DNA of 64,000 bases from Paramecium tetraurelia (Eukaryota): assembly GCA_000165425.1 (NCBI GenBank), contig CT868010.1, positions 186,001 through 250,000 on the forward strand. The letters run 5' to 3'. Shown here in pieces: positions 13,317 to 26,994 of the stretch. The position numbers and the translations under genes are program-made. Each line of letters opens with the position of its first letter. The first letter of the stretch is position 1. Under the pieces are notes generated by a model. It did not search any database. It was not told where the DNA came from and worked only from the letters and a program-made list of their open reading frames with translations.

Positions 13317-15361
13317 ATGGGATTTAAGGAAGCATTCACGAGACAAGGCGATGGAGAGAATTTGCTCTTCGATGATGATGCATTCATCTATTTCGCCATT
13401 TCCATTCTTACTCTAGTTATTCTTCCTCTGGTTTACTCCGTTATCAAGCCACTGTTCACAACATACGTGTTTGGAGAAGACAGAAGAAAATTCGCACGTG
13501 TTCCCAAAAGCTCCAATGATCAGCAAAATCTACAACTAGCTAAATAGGAATTGAGACTTAAATGGCTTACAAAAGGGTTTGTGGTTAAGGTAATATGTTG
13601 ATTCTTATCTTAGATCATAATACTTGTGGCTCTTTTGTTATTGCTCAATGCATCTATTTAATCGTTGCCAAAGGCTGACAAAATTAAAGGGTTTGATCCC
13701 TATGAGATTTTAGAAATCGATCCAAGTGCAACGGAATAAGAAATTCGTAAAGCCTATAGAAAGATTTCATTAAAATTGCATCCAGACAAAAATCCTGATG
13801 ATCCTTAAGCAAATCAAAAATTTATTCTTCTGACAAAAGCATATGAGTGTTTGACAGACGAAGACAAAAAATCATTATGTATGAAATATGGAAATCCAGA
13901 TGGACAATAAAGTTTATCTGTGGGAATAGCTATGCCATCATTTCTTCTAAAAAAAGAAAATAGAGCTGCCTTCTTAGCAGTCATTTTTCTGTTGCTTTTG
14001 GTTGTAGTGCCCATTATTGTTTTGTATGAATTGAGATCAATAGGGAAATACGATCAAAATGGAGTCATGCTTAGTAATCAGGAAAAATTCGAACGAGGCT
14101 TAGAAGAAAACCTATTAATCAAGAAAGGAGTAGAACTATCTAGTTGCAGTGATGAATTATGCAGATTGAGATTGAAAACTGAATAACAAGCAATTGCTTT
14201 GGAGAAATTAGTTAATGAATTAAAAGAAGAAGCTGAATTAAGAAAAATATAAAAATTTGAGATTACAGAAGCACTTGAACAATCCAAAAAATAAAAGAAT
14301 AAAAAAAGAAGAGTGACCATTTCTATTGCCATGATTTTAATATATGCTCATCTCTTTGGTAAACCAATTCCTGACAGTGTTAAATCTTTATATAGATCTA
14401 CTATTAAGATCATTCCAAAGTTGGTAAACTCTATGGTAAGGTTGGCTTTTGAATTCTCAATGAAATACAAAGTAATCCAATGGAGATAAAGAGGGAGATT
14501 CTAAACTAAATTTATGGGTGCAAGATGCATAAACAACATATTATAATTCTCTCAATGCATAGTATAAGGAATATATGAAACCGATAACCCAATAAATTAA
14601 ATTGAATTCTTTGCTAATAAAGCCAAAGATTATATTAAAAAAGGAAAGATGCCAATATTCCAAGAATTAGTTCAAAAATCAGTTGATTAAAGAGTGGTAA
14701 TTCATTTAATTCAATAAATTAGTTACCTAATTGGGTACCTGAAGAATTCAAAGACCAAATTATGAATGAAATAAACATGTTTCCTTAATTGGATATCAAA
14801 CACGAAGTCACTGTCGATGACGAGTCAATTGTTGAATAATGCAATGAAGACATCTTTAGTGTATACAATATTTCATATGTAGATTAAAATCACCTTAACA
14901 AGATTGAATACTCCTGAAGGAGAAGACATTCCCTTTGCTCATTCAAACAGATATACATATGTGAAGGAAGAGGGATGGCACATTTTGATCACCTTCCAAA
15001 ATGAGGTCTTTTATTATGCTTAATTGAATGGAGCGAACAGAGTGTAATCTACTGAATTCAAATTTTAACCCAAAATGTATTTTGGAGATGTAGTCGATTT
15101 TGAATTTGTTTTATTCGTCATTTCTGATTGTTACAGAGGGTTGGATGCAGAAATACCCATCAAATTCAAAGCCAAGAAAACCAGTCAAATAAGCAGGGTA
15201 TATTTGTAATGTAATCATTTAAGGCTGTTGAGTATCACAAGGAAGATCAAGAATTAGACAAGTCCCTTCCCTTTATTCAATCTATGTTGTTCCCCATGTA
15301 AAATAAGGTTGAGGATAGTGATTCAGAAGATGAAGATCAAGAGAAGAAGGAGGATGAATGA
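13317..15361 (+). CDS. SEC63: ER translocon J-domain protein Sec63
   Basis: N-terminal TM segments, FDPYEILEI...LKLHPDKNP J-domain, YGNPDG, Sec63 Ig-like end (SDCYRGLD), acidic tail. Confidence 0.93.
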
Positions 15362-15488
15362 ATTTGAGAAGTAGAATATTATACACATATTGTTATCTTT
15401 TGTTATTATTGTTAAATGCATTCCCAAATAATAGTAGTAAATAGAAGTAAAAAATTTAAATGACTTCTTTATTAGTTTAATATTAAAA

Positions 15489-16205
15489 ATGAGCGCATTC
15501 AAGAGCTGTCCTTCTTGGTAAGATTTTAACCTATAATTCAGTTTGGAACAAGTGTTGTCCACCAACTTCTTGCTCCATTCACTTTATTGCGAAAGAAATA
15601 TTGTCCAATGTGAATTATGCGATCAACGTATAGATCTAAATGAGAAAGAGGACCACATGATTTTACATAAAAAAGTATGTATATTAACTCTTATCACCCA
15701 GAAAGCATGTCCATACTGTCAAGAAAACTACGAATAGCAGATATTGGAGAAGCATTAGATCAATTGTCCCAATAAGCCATTATTGTGCTGCTATTGTGAT
15801 TTGATGGTAAACCAATTAGAAATGGTGTAACATCAAGTCAAATGTGGTGCTAGAACTGAATAATGTCCTCTTTGTAAAAAGCACATTCAAAAGAAAGGTA
15901 TAAATATATAGAGGCTTTTAGAATATGATATTCATGTATCTATTTGTTAATTGCCATCTCCATCTTCTCCTAAAAGAGCAAGACTACAACAAGTTCTTTG
16001 TGATAGCTCAGATGATAATTCAGTTCAAGAAGTCAAATAGAATCCTTAAAACAGGCGTCCACTTAAGAAGGAACCCAAAAGTTATGCTCTAAAGTAGAAA
16101 AAAGAACAGAAGGATTAAAAGCAGCAATTCTAGAAGCCTTTCCTAGATGATGATGAAGATGAAGAGCTTCAAAAGGCATTATAGTAAAGTTTGAATTAAA
16201 AATGA
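15489..16205 (+). CDS. TRAF-type zinc-finger protein (XAF1/TRAFD1-like) with C-terminal UIM
   Basis: Repeated CxxC...H...C units (CERNIVQCELC, CPYC, CCYC, CGARTEQCPLC); DEDEELQKALQQSL UIM-like tail; three introns. Confidence 0.85.
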
Positions 16206-16932
16206 ATTAATAAAGTTTGTGCGTAAGATTTAAAGCATTGCATCAGCATAGGCATCTCTCTCATCCAATCTATCACACACCTAAATCTCAATTGCAACGC
16301 AGTTTCAGTTTGCCTAAATTCTTTGTCTTTAATCCCAGGAAGCAATTCCATGGCATCCCTCAAAAAATGAGAAGGAAAAGTTGTGATTGTAAAGAATGCG
16401 GGCAAATGACTAACTTTCAATATAGAAATATGAATGTCCCATTTGTTCTTAAACCCTTTAGAATCAGAAGACAACCATCTCTAAAAACTAATCGATTATT
16501 GACTGCATAAAATACAAGTATACACCTGCACTCTTTATATTTTTAGAAAAACTCTTTCGCAAATTCTCTGCTTCCAAATAAGACACTCTGGTTTGTACAT
16601 CTTCTTCTCAATTAATCCTCACTTCTCTCCGTAGAGCTTCAGCAAGAACCACTGAAAAACTTATTGAAGATACTCAAGTTCGAATACTTGAACCTCCTAA
16701 ATCTTGCAAAAGTCATTTATTATAAAATACTAACAAACCAGAAATGACAAAGATAACTTTATAAATCCCAAAATCTTTAAGAATTATCAAAACTCAACCC
16801 TCAGAGCACTCAAAAATCAAACTACCTCAAAACCTAAGAAGCTTGTAACAAATTTACAACAGAAACTTTCTTTGTACATACTTAACTAAATATAAGAAAT
16901 CTAAAACCTAAATCAATTTATCAAAGTATTGA
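16202..16932 (+). CDS. Basic hypothetical protein with RRKSCxCxxCG motif
   Basis: ATG 16202 in frame with the 16217-16510 ORF; intron 16518-16546 restores frame to TGA 16930-16932. Confidence 0.7.
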
Positions 16933-17671
16933 ATCTTAATAAAATAATTGTTCAATCAAAATTAAATACAATCAATACAATTCTACAGTCCTATCAATAT
17001 ATATTATGCTTTAACTAAATTTCAATGCATTCTCAGTATCCTTGATCGAATTCTTTATTTTATAATAATAACTGATATAATATTTTCTTATAAGTTGAAA
17101 TCTAATATGCGTTGAGGAATTCACAGTTCAATTTAATACCTTTAGTTATATAAATACTATTGTAATGGATATGCTTCATGACCTTTGTTAATCATAGACA
17201 TATCATTAGATCCCAGGAGAGCTGATATTTGTTGATTTAAAATATTAAATGCCCAAAAACGAATTAAAATTAGAAAATTATTTAATCTATCTAAAAACTT
17301 GCTTAAATCTAAAAATCACAATTGAATATTTTTCATTCAGTTTTTGCTTAAATGTATTCAAATATGCTTTTTTCCTTTGTGATTGTAATGAGATTATGAT
17401 TAAACAGAAGCAAAATGTTTGAAGTTAAATCTCTGATTTAAAAAATGTCCTAACACTCGTAAAGGTTGACTTGTAAATAAGGCTAAGAGAATGTTGAGAG
17501 GAGGGGTGATAACAAATCGATGGTATATTAATTAAATGATCAATTAAAATTGACTTAGGATGTGAGAATGACAGAATAAATATTTTTAATATAAAATAAA
17601 AACTTCAAAAACGCATAGTTTGTGTAATTTTAAGCCAATGAAGGGTGATCAAGAAAACATTAATAATATTA

Positions 17672-18736
17672 ATGAAAGCTTTATTGATCTTAGGATTAGT
17701 GATCTTCACACAAGCCGTCTTCGTCAAGCATGCTTCTGAACCACATGCTGCCGTCTTCGCTTAACTCGAAGCCCTTGAAGACCACCCATTGGGAAAGAAA
17801 ATTTTGGACACAATCGCCTTGTAAATGAAGAACAAGTCACCACTCTCTGACATTGCCAAGATGCTCTAAGACTTGAGAGAAAACTTAGTCCTCTAATAAC
17901 AAGATGCTGAATTAGTCCACGTCGCTTAAGAAGCTGACTGTGAAGCTGAAATCTATGGATATAACAGAAGAATCGACTTCGCATCCAACGAAATCACCGA
18001 AGCCACCATCGATATCAACAAGTACACCGCTGATATTGAACTCTTGGAAACAGATATTGCCAACAAGGAATAATAATTAGAAATCTTAGCCAACTAAGAA
18101 GAATAACTCAGATAAAAGAGAGCTGAAGACCACGCTTCATTCGAAGAAAGATAAATCACAACCCCAAAGGTCGTTGAAGCCCTCGACGTCATCGCCGCCA
18201 AATTGAGCGCTATCCAACCAGAAGCTGATGCTGAAGCAGTCCTTGCTGAATTAGAAAGAGTCGGTGGAAACAACCCCATCCTCGCCCTCGTCCAATTGGC
18301 CTCCACATTCTCAGCTGAAAAATTATAAAACGTTTAAGACAAGATCGCTGAATTGAGAGCCTCATTGGAATAATCCATCATTGACGACTAAGAAGAAGAA
18401 GTCTAAGCTTAACTTAACTTCGAAGCTTAAATCGTTGAAATCAATGAATAAAGAGCTGCCCTCTAATCCGAAAAGGCTGACTCCGAAACCAAATTAGGAT
18501 AAGCTTAAGTCTAATTGGCTGCCGCTAAGAAGAGAAAGTATGATGCTGGAAGAGAACTCGACTCAGCCACCAGAGGAAAGGTTGCCAAGGAAGCTGAATG
18601 TGACGCTTGGAGAACTTAATATGCCAGAGACACCGAATAAAGAACCGTCGAAATCGGTATCATCAGATAAGTCGAATAAATCCTCGCCACCAAGTTGGAA
18701 GGTGCCTCCTCATACATCAAAGGAAGAATCAACTGA
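17672..18736 (+). CDS. Trichocyst matrix protein precursor (TMP family), 354 aa
   Basis: Signal peptide MKALLILGLVIFTQA, HPLGKKILDTIALQ pro-region, acidic coiled-coil heptads, intronless, strong high-expression codon bias. Confidence 0.9.
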
Positions 18737-19227
18737 ACTTGATGATTATAAACCATTATTCAAATTCTTCAATTTTTTATTTATTTTTCCCATCAAGAAC
18801 CAATCCCCAAGGCGTTCTTCTAAAATTTAAAGGACCCTCCTCCTTTAAGCATTTAAACCTCTTGAAATGCTATCTAGACATAAAAGTATTTAATATATTT
18901 TAACTTTTTTCATTTGAATTAATTTCTATTCAGATCAAAATCTACTAATACAATTTTCCTTGACTTCATAATCATTTCATATTTATCATGAATAAGATAA
19001 AAATTACAATCATAATTTTTTTTACTGGAAATATGAGCTAGCTTACTAATTGATTTCACAATTTCAATTAATACCATTTCCCCTAATTAAATTAACTGAA
19101 TTTTGTTTAAACTCTTTTGAATGAACATAAATGATTCAAATAAATCATTCAACATAAGCTCGTTAATAATAAACTATGTCAAATGTAATAAAAACAAACA
19201 AAAATATTGTATCACAACTTGATTTTA

Positions 19228-19614
19228 TCATTCTCTAAATTGCACTTTTTTTTAATGTTTTTCTTTACCATTTATAGAACTACATGATGACTCAGGGTAT
19301 TGGTCATAAGTTCTTGCACTTAGTATTCCTTTCATGCCTTCTTACTAAAATTTAATTTCTTCTTCTTTGACAATTTTTGGTTCTAAGTATATAATGACAT
19401 GTTATTAGCGAGGGGAAATTGGACGAGAAGATAATAAAATGTCTCCATCCTGGTATGTGTATAATTGGCAATGATCTTATATCAATTCTTTAAAGTTAGC
19501 TATTTGCAATGAGTCTCCCAATGATTTCGTGATGCTCTCTTGTTAATTTGAGGAGACTATCTCTTCCTCAGTTTAAGTAGCTGGAATTGAAGTAGAACAG
19601 CAATTATTACCCAT
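19228..19614 (-). CDS. 128-aa protein, MGNNCC N-terminus, KGIL and C-terminal KKVQF motifs
   Basis: Uninterrupted code-6 ORF ending GKEKHQKKVQFRE*. Confidence 0.75.
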
Positions 19615-21622
19615 AATATATAATAATAATAATGTTATATGAAAACTCCTCCTAATCTATCTTTAAATTTAATTAAGAAACAAAAAGGATTTAAGCCATT
19701 GACAATATATAATATTAATAATCAAATCTATAATCTTAGCTACTATCAGATATACTTCAATTTATTTATATTTATATGGTAATTAATTTAAAATATTGAT
19801 TTTCGGCTTTAAATTTACTAAAGTAAAACAAAGTCTTAGTTGTATGTCATTTAGCAACTTTGGAATACACCACATCTAATTCCTATTATGATATACCCAA
19901 TTGGAATTTAAAAATAACTCAAATCAATATTGACAGTTGTTGAATTATTTTCAGTCAAATATAATCATATTGAGATGATCAACAAAATTTCATGTCTTTT
20001 ACATTTGACATATTTACCTCCCTAATAGCAGGCTAATACTAAATACATCATACAACTTAATCATCATTAATAATAATTTAGAATTTCTATTAATTTACCT
20101 TATAAATGGTAAATGATTAATTGATCATTCACCTTTTTGTCTTAAAATTTTATTTGTTATTCATATTCATACCCCTTATTTATTTGTCCCAAAGTTAGAG
20201 AAAGATTTAGAACAATAATGATATAGAATTCTTAAAATATAGAAGAAATTGTATGTCTAAAATTCAGTTAGCAATTATTCCTGTATTTGATTCAATTTTA
20301 TCAATCATACTAAGAGTACTTAAATTTAATTTTTATTGATTGTATATTTATTATGAGGAAGAATGATTTACATTTTAGTTAACATCTAAATTCCGAAATG
20401 AAATTTATATAAAATTTTCTTCGAGTTTGCACAATTTTCTAAAAAAAGAACTAATTAATTTTTGATCATATCATATTTTTCGATATTTATCTAACTTCAT
20501 TTTGAATGCATTAAATCTATACTCCAATATAGATACTATAAAATAATGCTAAAAGTTTAAATTAAAATATATTGAAAGAGAGTTTCCTCCTTTATTTTAG
20601 AATTGCTTGATTAAGCAAAAATTGTGAAAAACTAAATTCTCTTATTGCATTTGTTGACAACACACAATATTAAGTATTTCTGCTTTAATAAAACTTCAAC
20701 ATGTTATCTTATTTTATAAATGTCATTGATTTTCTATAGATATTTATTTTTTTTAATAATTGTAATTATTCTATAAATAAAAATTTTAGTGACAGATTGA
20801 ATAACAATTACAATTTGTTTAGTTTTAAGTATTTTTTGTGTGTTTAATTATTATTTTCTTTGAATTATGTTATCCAAAATTTTTCAAAAGATAGATTTGC
20901 TTGATCTATTTGAAAGATGCTAAGTGTATTGATTTGAAGTCAAAAATTTTGATTAGAGACTTTCTACCTTATTAGAATGTATTAACTGTAAATGGATTGA
21001 ATCACAATCCTTCTATTTGCTACTGACTGGTTATTTATTGAACTTTTTATTTTTCCTTTATTTTATCTCATTTGTATTCTTTTTGAAATCCGTTGTATTA
21101 GAATAAGATAATTGTTAAATAACATTTACTTTAAAATTATTTATTATCTTATTTCGTCAAAAGATTTATAGGTAGATCAATAAGAATAAAATAAATGGCT
21201 TAACAAATGCAACATTTAAATAATTTGTAAATGATTTATATAATCACTATTAAATAATAATTTAATAAACCCTATTTGATAGCTAAGTAATTGTATAAAT
21301 TAGAAAAATACAGCTAATAAGTCAATTTTTAAGTATAAAATATGGCCAAGAATTAAACACCTCAGAAATCAATATCTTAACTTCGTCCAAAATGACATTA
21401 AATTTTATCGATTTTACATAAAATGAATGTTCCAAACTAGAAGACAAATAAAATTTATAAATTGATCAATAAGAATTAAGTATTTAAATAAAATCGTAAA
21501 CCCTATATTTAAAGGAAATAGAATAATCAAGAGAATTCGATTTAAGAATTAAAAATTTAATTTTATATTTAATTCTTATTTAAATTCTAGAATTTTTGTC
21601 AAATACACGTAATAATTAAAAT

Positions 21623-23021
21623 ATGAAATCGCTTCTCTTGCTCTCTTTACTTGCTTTTGCTGTTGTTGCTGATTACGAATATGATGGAGATGTTATGGTA
21701 CTCACAGAAGAAACATTTGATTAAGCCTTCAATGAATTCGATTATTTGATGTTTGAATTCTATGCTCCTTGGTGTGGTCATTGCAAAGAACTCGCCCCTA
21801 AATATGCTGAGGCTGCTACTGCTCTTAGACCTGAAGGAATAGTTTTGGCCAAGATCGATGCCACAGTCCAAAAGAAATTGGCTGAAAAGTATGGAGTCAA
21901 AGGATATCCAACTATCAAATTCAGTGCCAAATAAGCTGTAAAGGATTTTGAAGGTGGAAGAAATGCTGATGGCATAAAGAATTGGATTTACAGCAATCTT
22001 AATCCAGAGAGTGAATTACTTGATACTCTTGAATAAGTCAATGAGGCTATTGCTCAAAATAATGTTCAATTTGTCTATTTTGCAGAGGAATAAAGCGAAA
22101 AGGATAGAGAATTGAGAAAATACAAAGAATTCTCTTTCACTATGAAATAGCATTTCGCCCATACAACAAATAAAACAATCAGAGAAGCTCTCAACGTACC
22201 AAAAGGAACCTACTTTGTTGGATTTAGAAATCAAAAGCCTTATTACTATTAAGGAAAGCTTTCATTCCCAATTATGAAAACCTTCGTTGAAAATGTTGCT
22301 CACGAAAGAATTCAAGAGTACTCTGACAAAAAGGAATAACTAGATGAAAGAATAACCAAAAGCAAACCATTTGTTGTTGTCTTTTCTGATGAACCTGAAG
22401 TTTAAGCTGCTGCATAAGCTTGGTCTTATTAGGACGAATTACTTTTCATCAAGAATGTTGATGAGGAATTCACTAGAAAGATTCAAGTCAGATCTCAAGA
22501 TTAAAAAGGAGTTTTTATCATCAAGGGAGATTAAAGATACAAAAGGGTTTAAGGTCAAAGCGTTAGTGAGTTCTTGGAAGCATTCTAATCAGGAAATGCA
22601 CACAAGTACCTTAAATCATAAGCTGCTCCACAATAATAAGGATTGGTCAGAATCCTCATCGGAGATACTTATGAAGCTACAAGATCAGTTAATGATTCTG
22701 TAGTCTTATACTTTGATTCTCAAAATGAAGAACAGTAATACATTAAATTAATTATTTAGCAATGCGGTTTAAGAACAATTCTTAAAGGTGGCTGAAAGAC
22801 TCCAACAAAACAAGCAATTGACTTTCCATAAAATCGATTTGTCATAAAATGAAGTTAGCGATTTGGCTGAATCAGTTGAAATCGTTAAAATCAGATTATA
22901 CAAAAATAACCAACCAATTAAGTTTGTAATCAGGGCAAATAAAATCTAAGAAGAAAGATTTGTTAAATGGATTGTAGATAACGCAGCTAGTTAAGTTGTG
23001 GACCCTAAAGTTGAATTATGA
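21623..23021 (+). CDS. Protein disulfide isomerase family protein with a single active thioredoxin domain
   Basis: Signal peptide, [17 protein letters not shown]-terminal KVEL; one intron near 22735-22759. Confidence 0.93.
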
Positions 23022-23129
23022 TTTTGTGTAAAATAAAATAACATTTTTAAATTTCCATATAGAAACTTCTAATTGAACTATTACTTAGTTTATATCCAAA
23101 TTTAATTCGTTATTGGGAAATTAATAAAA

Positions 23130-23824
23130 ATGGCAGATCAACTTGTTGTAGGATATTGGGGAATCAGAGGATTGGCTCAACCATGTAAGTATTCATATCA
23201 TCCCTCTAGTGAGATATTTGGTAGAGTACTTGGGATTACCATACGAAGAGAAAAGATACCTCAAGCCTGAAGAATGGTTCGGTGGACTCTGTGAAACACC
23301 ATTCAACATCCACGTTCTTGTCAACCTCCCTTACATCAAGGATGGTCAGAAGTACGTCTACGAGATTGCCGCCCTTTATGTCTATTTGGCTCATAAGGCT
23401 AATAGAGCTGATCTCTTGGGATCCACACCAGACGAACAAGTAGCTGTGGCTTAAGTGAGAGGTGTTATCTAAGATGCCTTGAAAGGTTTCTTCCGCCTTA
23501 TCACCCTCCCTGAAGATCAATATGCTACATAGAAGGAGGAAGTCTTTGCAAATGAAGTTGCTTGGTTGATAGAAAGATTAGATAAATTCATTGGTGACAA
23601 GATAATGGGCTGCTGGAGCCAACCTTACTTATATTGACTTTGATAACTTCGAATTAGAGGAGACATTGAAAGCTTTCAATGCTGAGGATTGGGCCAAGTT
23701 TCATAACCTCCAAAAACACCATTAAGAATTTTAAAACCTTCCTTAAATCAAGGATTACATGGCTTCTGGAAGATTCTTAGCTGGTCCCTTCTATCCACCA
23801 GGAAGATTTAGATGGGGATTCTGA
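23130..23824 (+). pseudogene. Mu-class-like glutathione S-transferase with a frameshift (pseudogene or assembly error)
   Basis: GYWGIRGLAQPLRYLVEY, NLPYIKDG; reading frame shifts near 23602, after which WAAGANLTYIDF...IKDYMASGRF continues in another frame. Confidence 0.8.
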
Positions 23825-25030
23825 TTATTAAATTCATAATTTAATACAAATATTATTGGAATTAACAACCAAGAACATTCCAAAAAATACAATTTCTTTA
23901 AGTCTTATTTATCCATATGTTCTTTATATATTTTACAATGTTTATTAAAATTTATTAAATTAATTTTTTAAAATCATTAATAAATAATTATTTATTTAAG
24001 ATAAGAGATAAATTTAATAATAAAAGAAATGTCAACTATTATTAATATACTTACATAGCTATTATAATTATATTAGGATAAATGAAATTTACAATCATTT
24101 CATCAAAATTTAAAGGACCAACTTCAATATTTTCCCGTTTCTATAGTCAAACATTCAAATTCATTATGTTTAACATTAAACATTTCTCCATTAATATTTT
24201 TTGTTCATCAAAATAATACTAGAATAAATTGAATGAGAGCATCGATTTATCTAAATTCTATTTTCTTATCCTCGAAATAAATAAATGACTATTCAAAATA
24301 TATAAAACAAAAACCCTTTTTTATTACTCTTAAGAAACGAATACTCTAAAATATGAGTATAAAAGTATCAATAAGTCAATATTATTCATCAAAATCAGCA
24401 TAAGCAATGATCAAATAATAAATAAAGTTGTTTTCTGTTTAAGTTACTTAAAATTATTCAATAAATCTAAATAGTTTTCTGAATATTAATTTAATAATAT
24501 TAGATCATTTAGCATAGTGTTATTTACTAAATATGAAGATAAGTTGTTAAAATAGATAAAATTATAATAATTAAGCAGCAAATTTGATGTATTATCTAGG
24601 GATAGTAAAATATAATTTTGATATATATTGTTCTATTAAAGCATATCGAATGGTCATAAGGATTAATTTAAATGCAAAAATCAAGAGATTAGAAGCTATA
24701 TCTCCAATGTCCATGTCATATGTCTACCAATAAGACTCAAAGTAGACCCACTTATTTTATCTAAATTTCGATTTATGACCATCTTAAGAAATTACAATAA
24801 CATGTCTAGCATCAAATACTAGTGGTATTGGTATTATCAAATATGACAAATTCTTGAAAAAGCTTTGCCTACTTATTTTATAATTTCATATGTATCAAAG
24901 CTCAAATATAAATGACAAGATTTGGCATTTCTAGAATTAATATCCCCTAAAAATAGATATATTAGAACTGTAATTATAAAGTTTGATTGACTTTACAATC
25001 TTAAAAATTAAATTAAACAAATTGGTTTCT

Positions 25031-25563
25031 ATGGCGAGCGTAACACATTCAATAGAAAACTCTCCAACATCCACCATGTCTTAGGCTCCTAAAATTAAAT
25101 AGGAATCTATTAGTATTGGCATGAGCTGGAAAGCCATACTTAGAAAAAAAAATTAGACTAAACGCCCCAATCAAAAACTAACTCCAAGGCTATCAGAATC
25201 GATTAAATCAAAGAATATACCCAAGAATGTAGCCAAAGCCATCATACAATAAATCCTTAATAACAATGTATAGGAGTAGATAGAAGAAGAGGAGGAGTTC
25301 TTGAAATTCATCAATAAACACAGAAAAATTTAGAATCTAGCTTATCTGATGAAAATAACAAGACCCCATAAATTAGAAAAACTAAACAAATTACATAAAT
25401 AGTTTAGATAGATTTGGTATATAATAGATGTATTCATTTTTTTAGTTGGAATTTTCTGAAAAAGTAATATGTGCCATATATATTCAATTCTAGAATTAAA
25501 AATCCAGAAGGCCATTTACAATACAGGAATCAATTAATGAAAGTGTTTGCTTAAAAATAATGA
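25031..25563 (+). CDS. Hypothetical protein with KNIPKNVAKAII...YIFNSRIKN motif (probably a ciliate-expanded family)
   Basis: Code-6 ORF with one micro-intron near 25417-25445; TGA 25561-25563. Confidence 0.8.
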
Positions 25564-26099
25564 TTTAATATATGTACGACTTAATAACAAATCCATTCAT
25601 CTAATGATTCAATTCCTGATTTGTGACCTAAAAGAGCACCAGTCATAGAAATTCTTAATTTCATACCTTCTGATCTATATTTTTTTTGAATATAACGAAG
25701 AAAGTAGCTTAATCAATACTAATTTATTAGAATAGCATATTTTCATAAATAAAATAATCAAATTTAGACAATCATGTTTTTCAAACTTGTAATGAAAGTT
25801 GGAATTCAGAGTATGAAACATCAAATAAGACCCTCTATTGCAGCATATAGAACTCTTGCTAATAATCACTTAAACTTGCATAACTTGAATACTTTTTATC
25901 TTAATTAGCTAACAAGTTTCACAGAAGAAGAAGAGAATGATATTAACAAAGTTAATATAATCAACTGTTTGTCGGAGGTGAAATCTTCGAATTGAATTGA
26001 GTATATGAATTATAATTACATTATTCCCATTCGTTAAATAAATTAACAGAAAGCTATAAGTTAATAAATGAAAATTTATTGTTAATCATAAATATAAGA

Positions 26100-26994
26100 T
26101 CAACATCTTCTGCCCATTGATTTTTTGCGGTTCATATCCTTTTTATCTTTAGCATCTTTTTCATTCATTTTCTTTGATTGCCCTTTACCTTCATCTTTGG
26201 TATTTTTGGTTCCTTTTTTACTAATCCTATAATTATAAATAGCTACTTGTCTTTGTCATCCATCTTTTTATCTTCCTTCTTCATTTGATCTTCCTTCTCA
26301 TGTTTCTATTATGCAGTTTCTTCATCATCCTTCATTTTTTTGGGACCCCTCTTATAAGGAGGCAGTTCCTAATACTACAAGTCTTGTCTTGTAGCCGATC
26401 TTTTAAACTTCTCCTCTATCAACTGGTCAAATTGCTCTCTCTTTTCTGAATACTTTCTAATCAATTCTATATTTATTTGTATTACTTTGACCATTCATCC
26501 ATTTGTTTATGGTAATGTTCTAGTTTCTTCTCGAATTCATCATCGTACTTCTTTCTATCCTTATTTGAAAGTTAGTTATATCGATCCACCAATGCCTTTG
26601 TTACTTAACCAAAGGATGCATCAGGATTCTCTTCAGAATACGCTCTTCTGTTCTCAGCTATATATACTAAACAACCTGATACTGGTTTCTTTGGTTTCTC
26701 AGGAATTTCCAGTAAGGCTTTGTACTTTTTCAAATCTTATGCACTCCCGCCATAATATAAAAGTAAGTCTTCCTTGTACTTTGCCTCCATTTTTTCAAAT
26801 TCATCATCATATTTCTCTTTCTCCTCCTCATCTATTTATCTCCACATTTCGGCGATTTTGCTTTGGATTTCCTTACCTTTCATCATCCCATCTTTTTTCA
26901 TTTAAGCAGCCTTCTCAGCATAGAATACCTGATATGAAGACATGCAAATTCTGGCAGGGGGTTTCTTTAATGTTCCGCTTCTTAACTACATCAT
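26100..26994 (-). CDS. Two-HMG-box protein with basic/acidic tail
   Basis: KKPPARICMSSYQVFYAEK...IAEMWRQIDEEEKEKY and PEKPKKPVSGCLVYIAENR...YNQLSNKDRKKY. Confidence 0.88.

Noticed and set aside
17724..18903. Antisense and alternate-frame ORFs over the TMP gene (and similar ones over ZnT, PDI, GST, HMG, H3)
   Set aside because: Shadow ORFs caused by codon bias and the wrong genetic code.
25584..26030. Minus-strand ORF fragments between the 25-kb gene and the HMG gene
   Set aside because: No consistent frame or recognisable motif.
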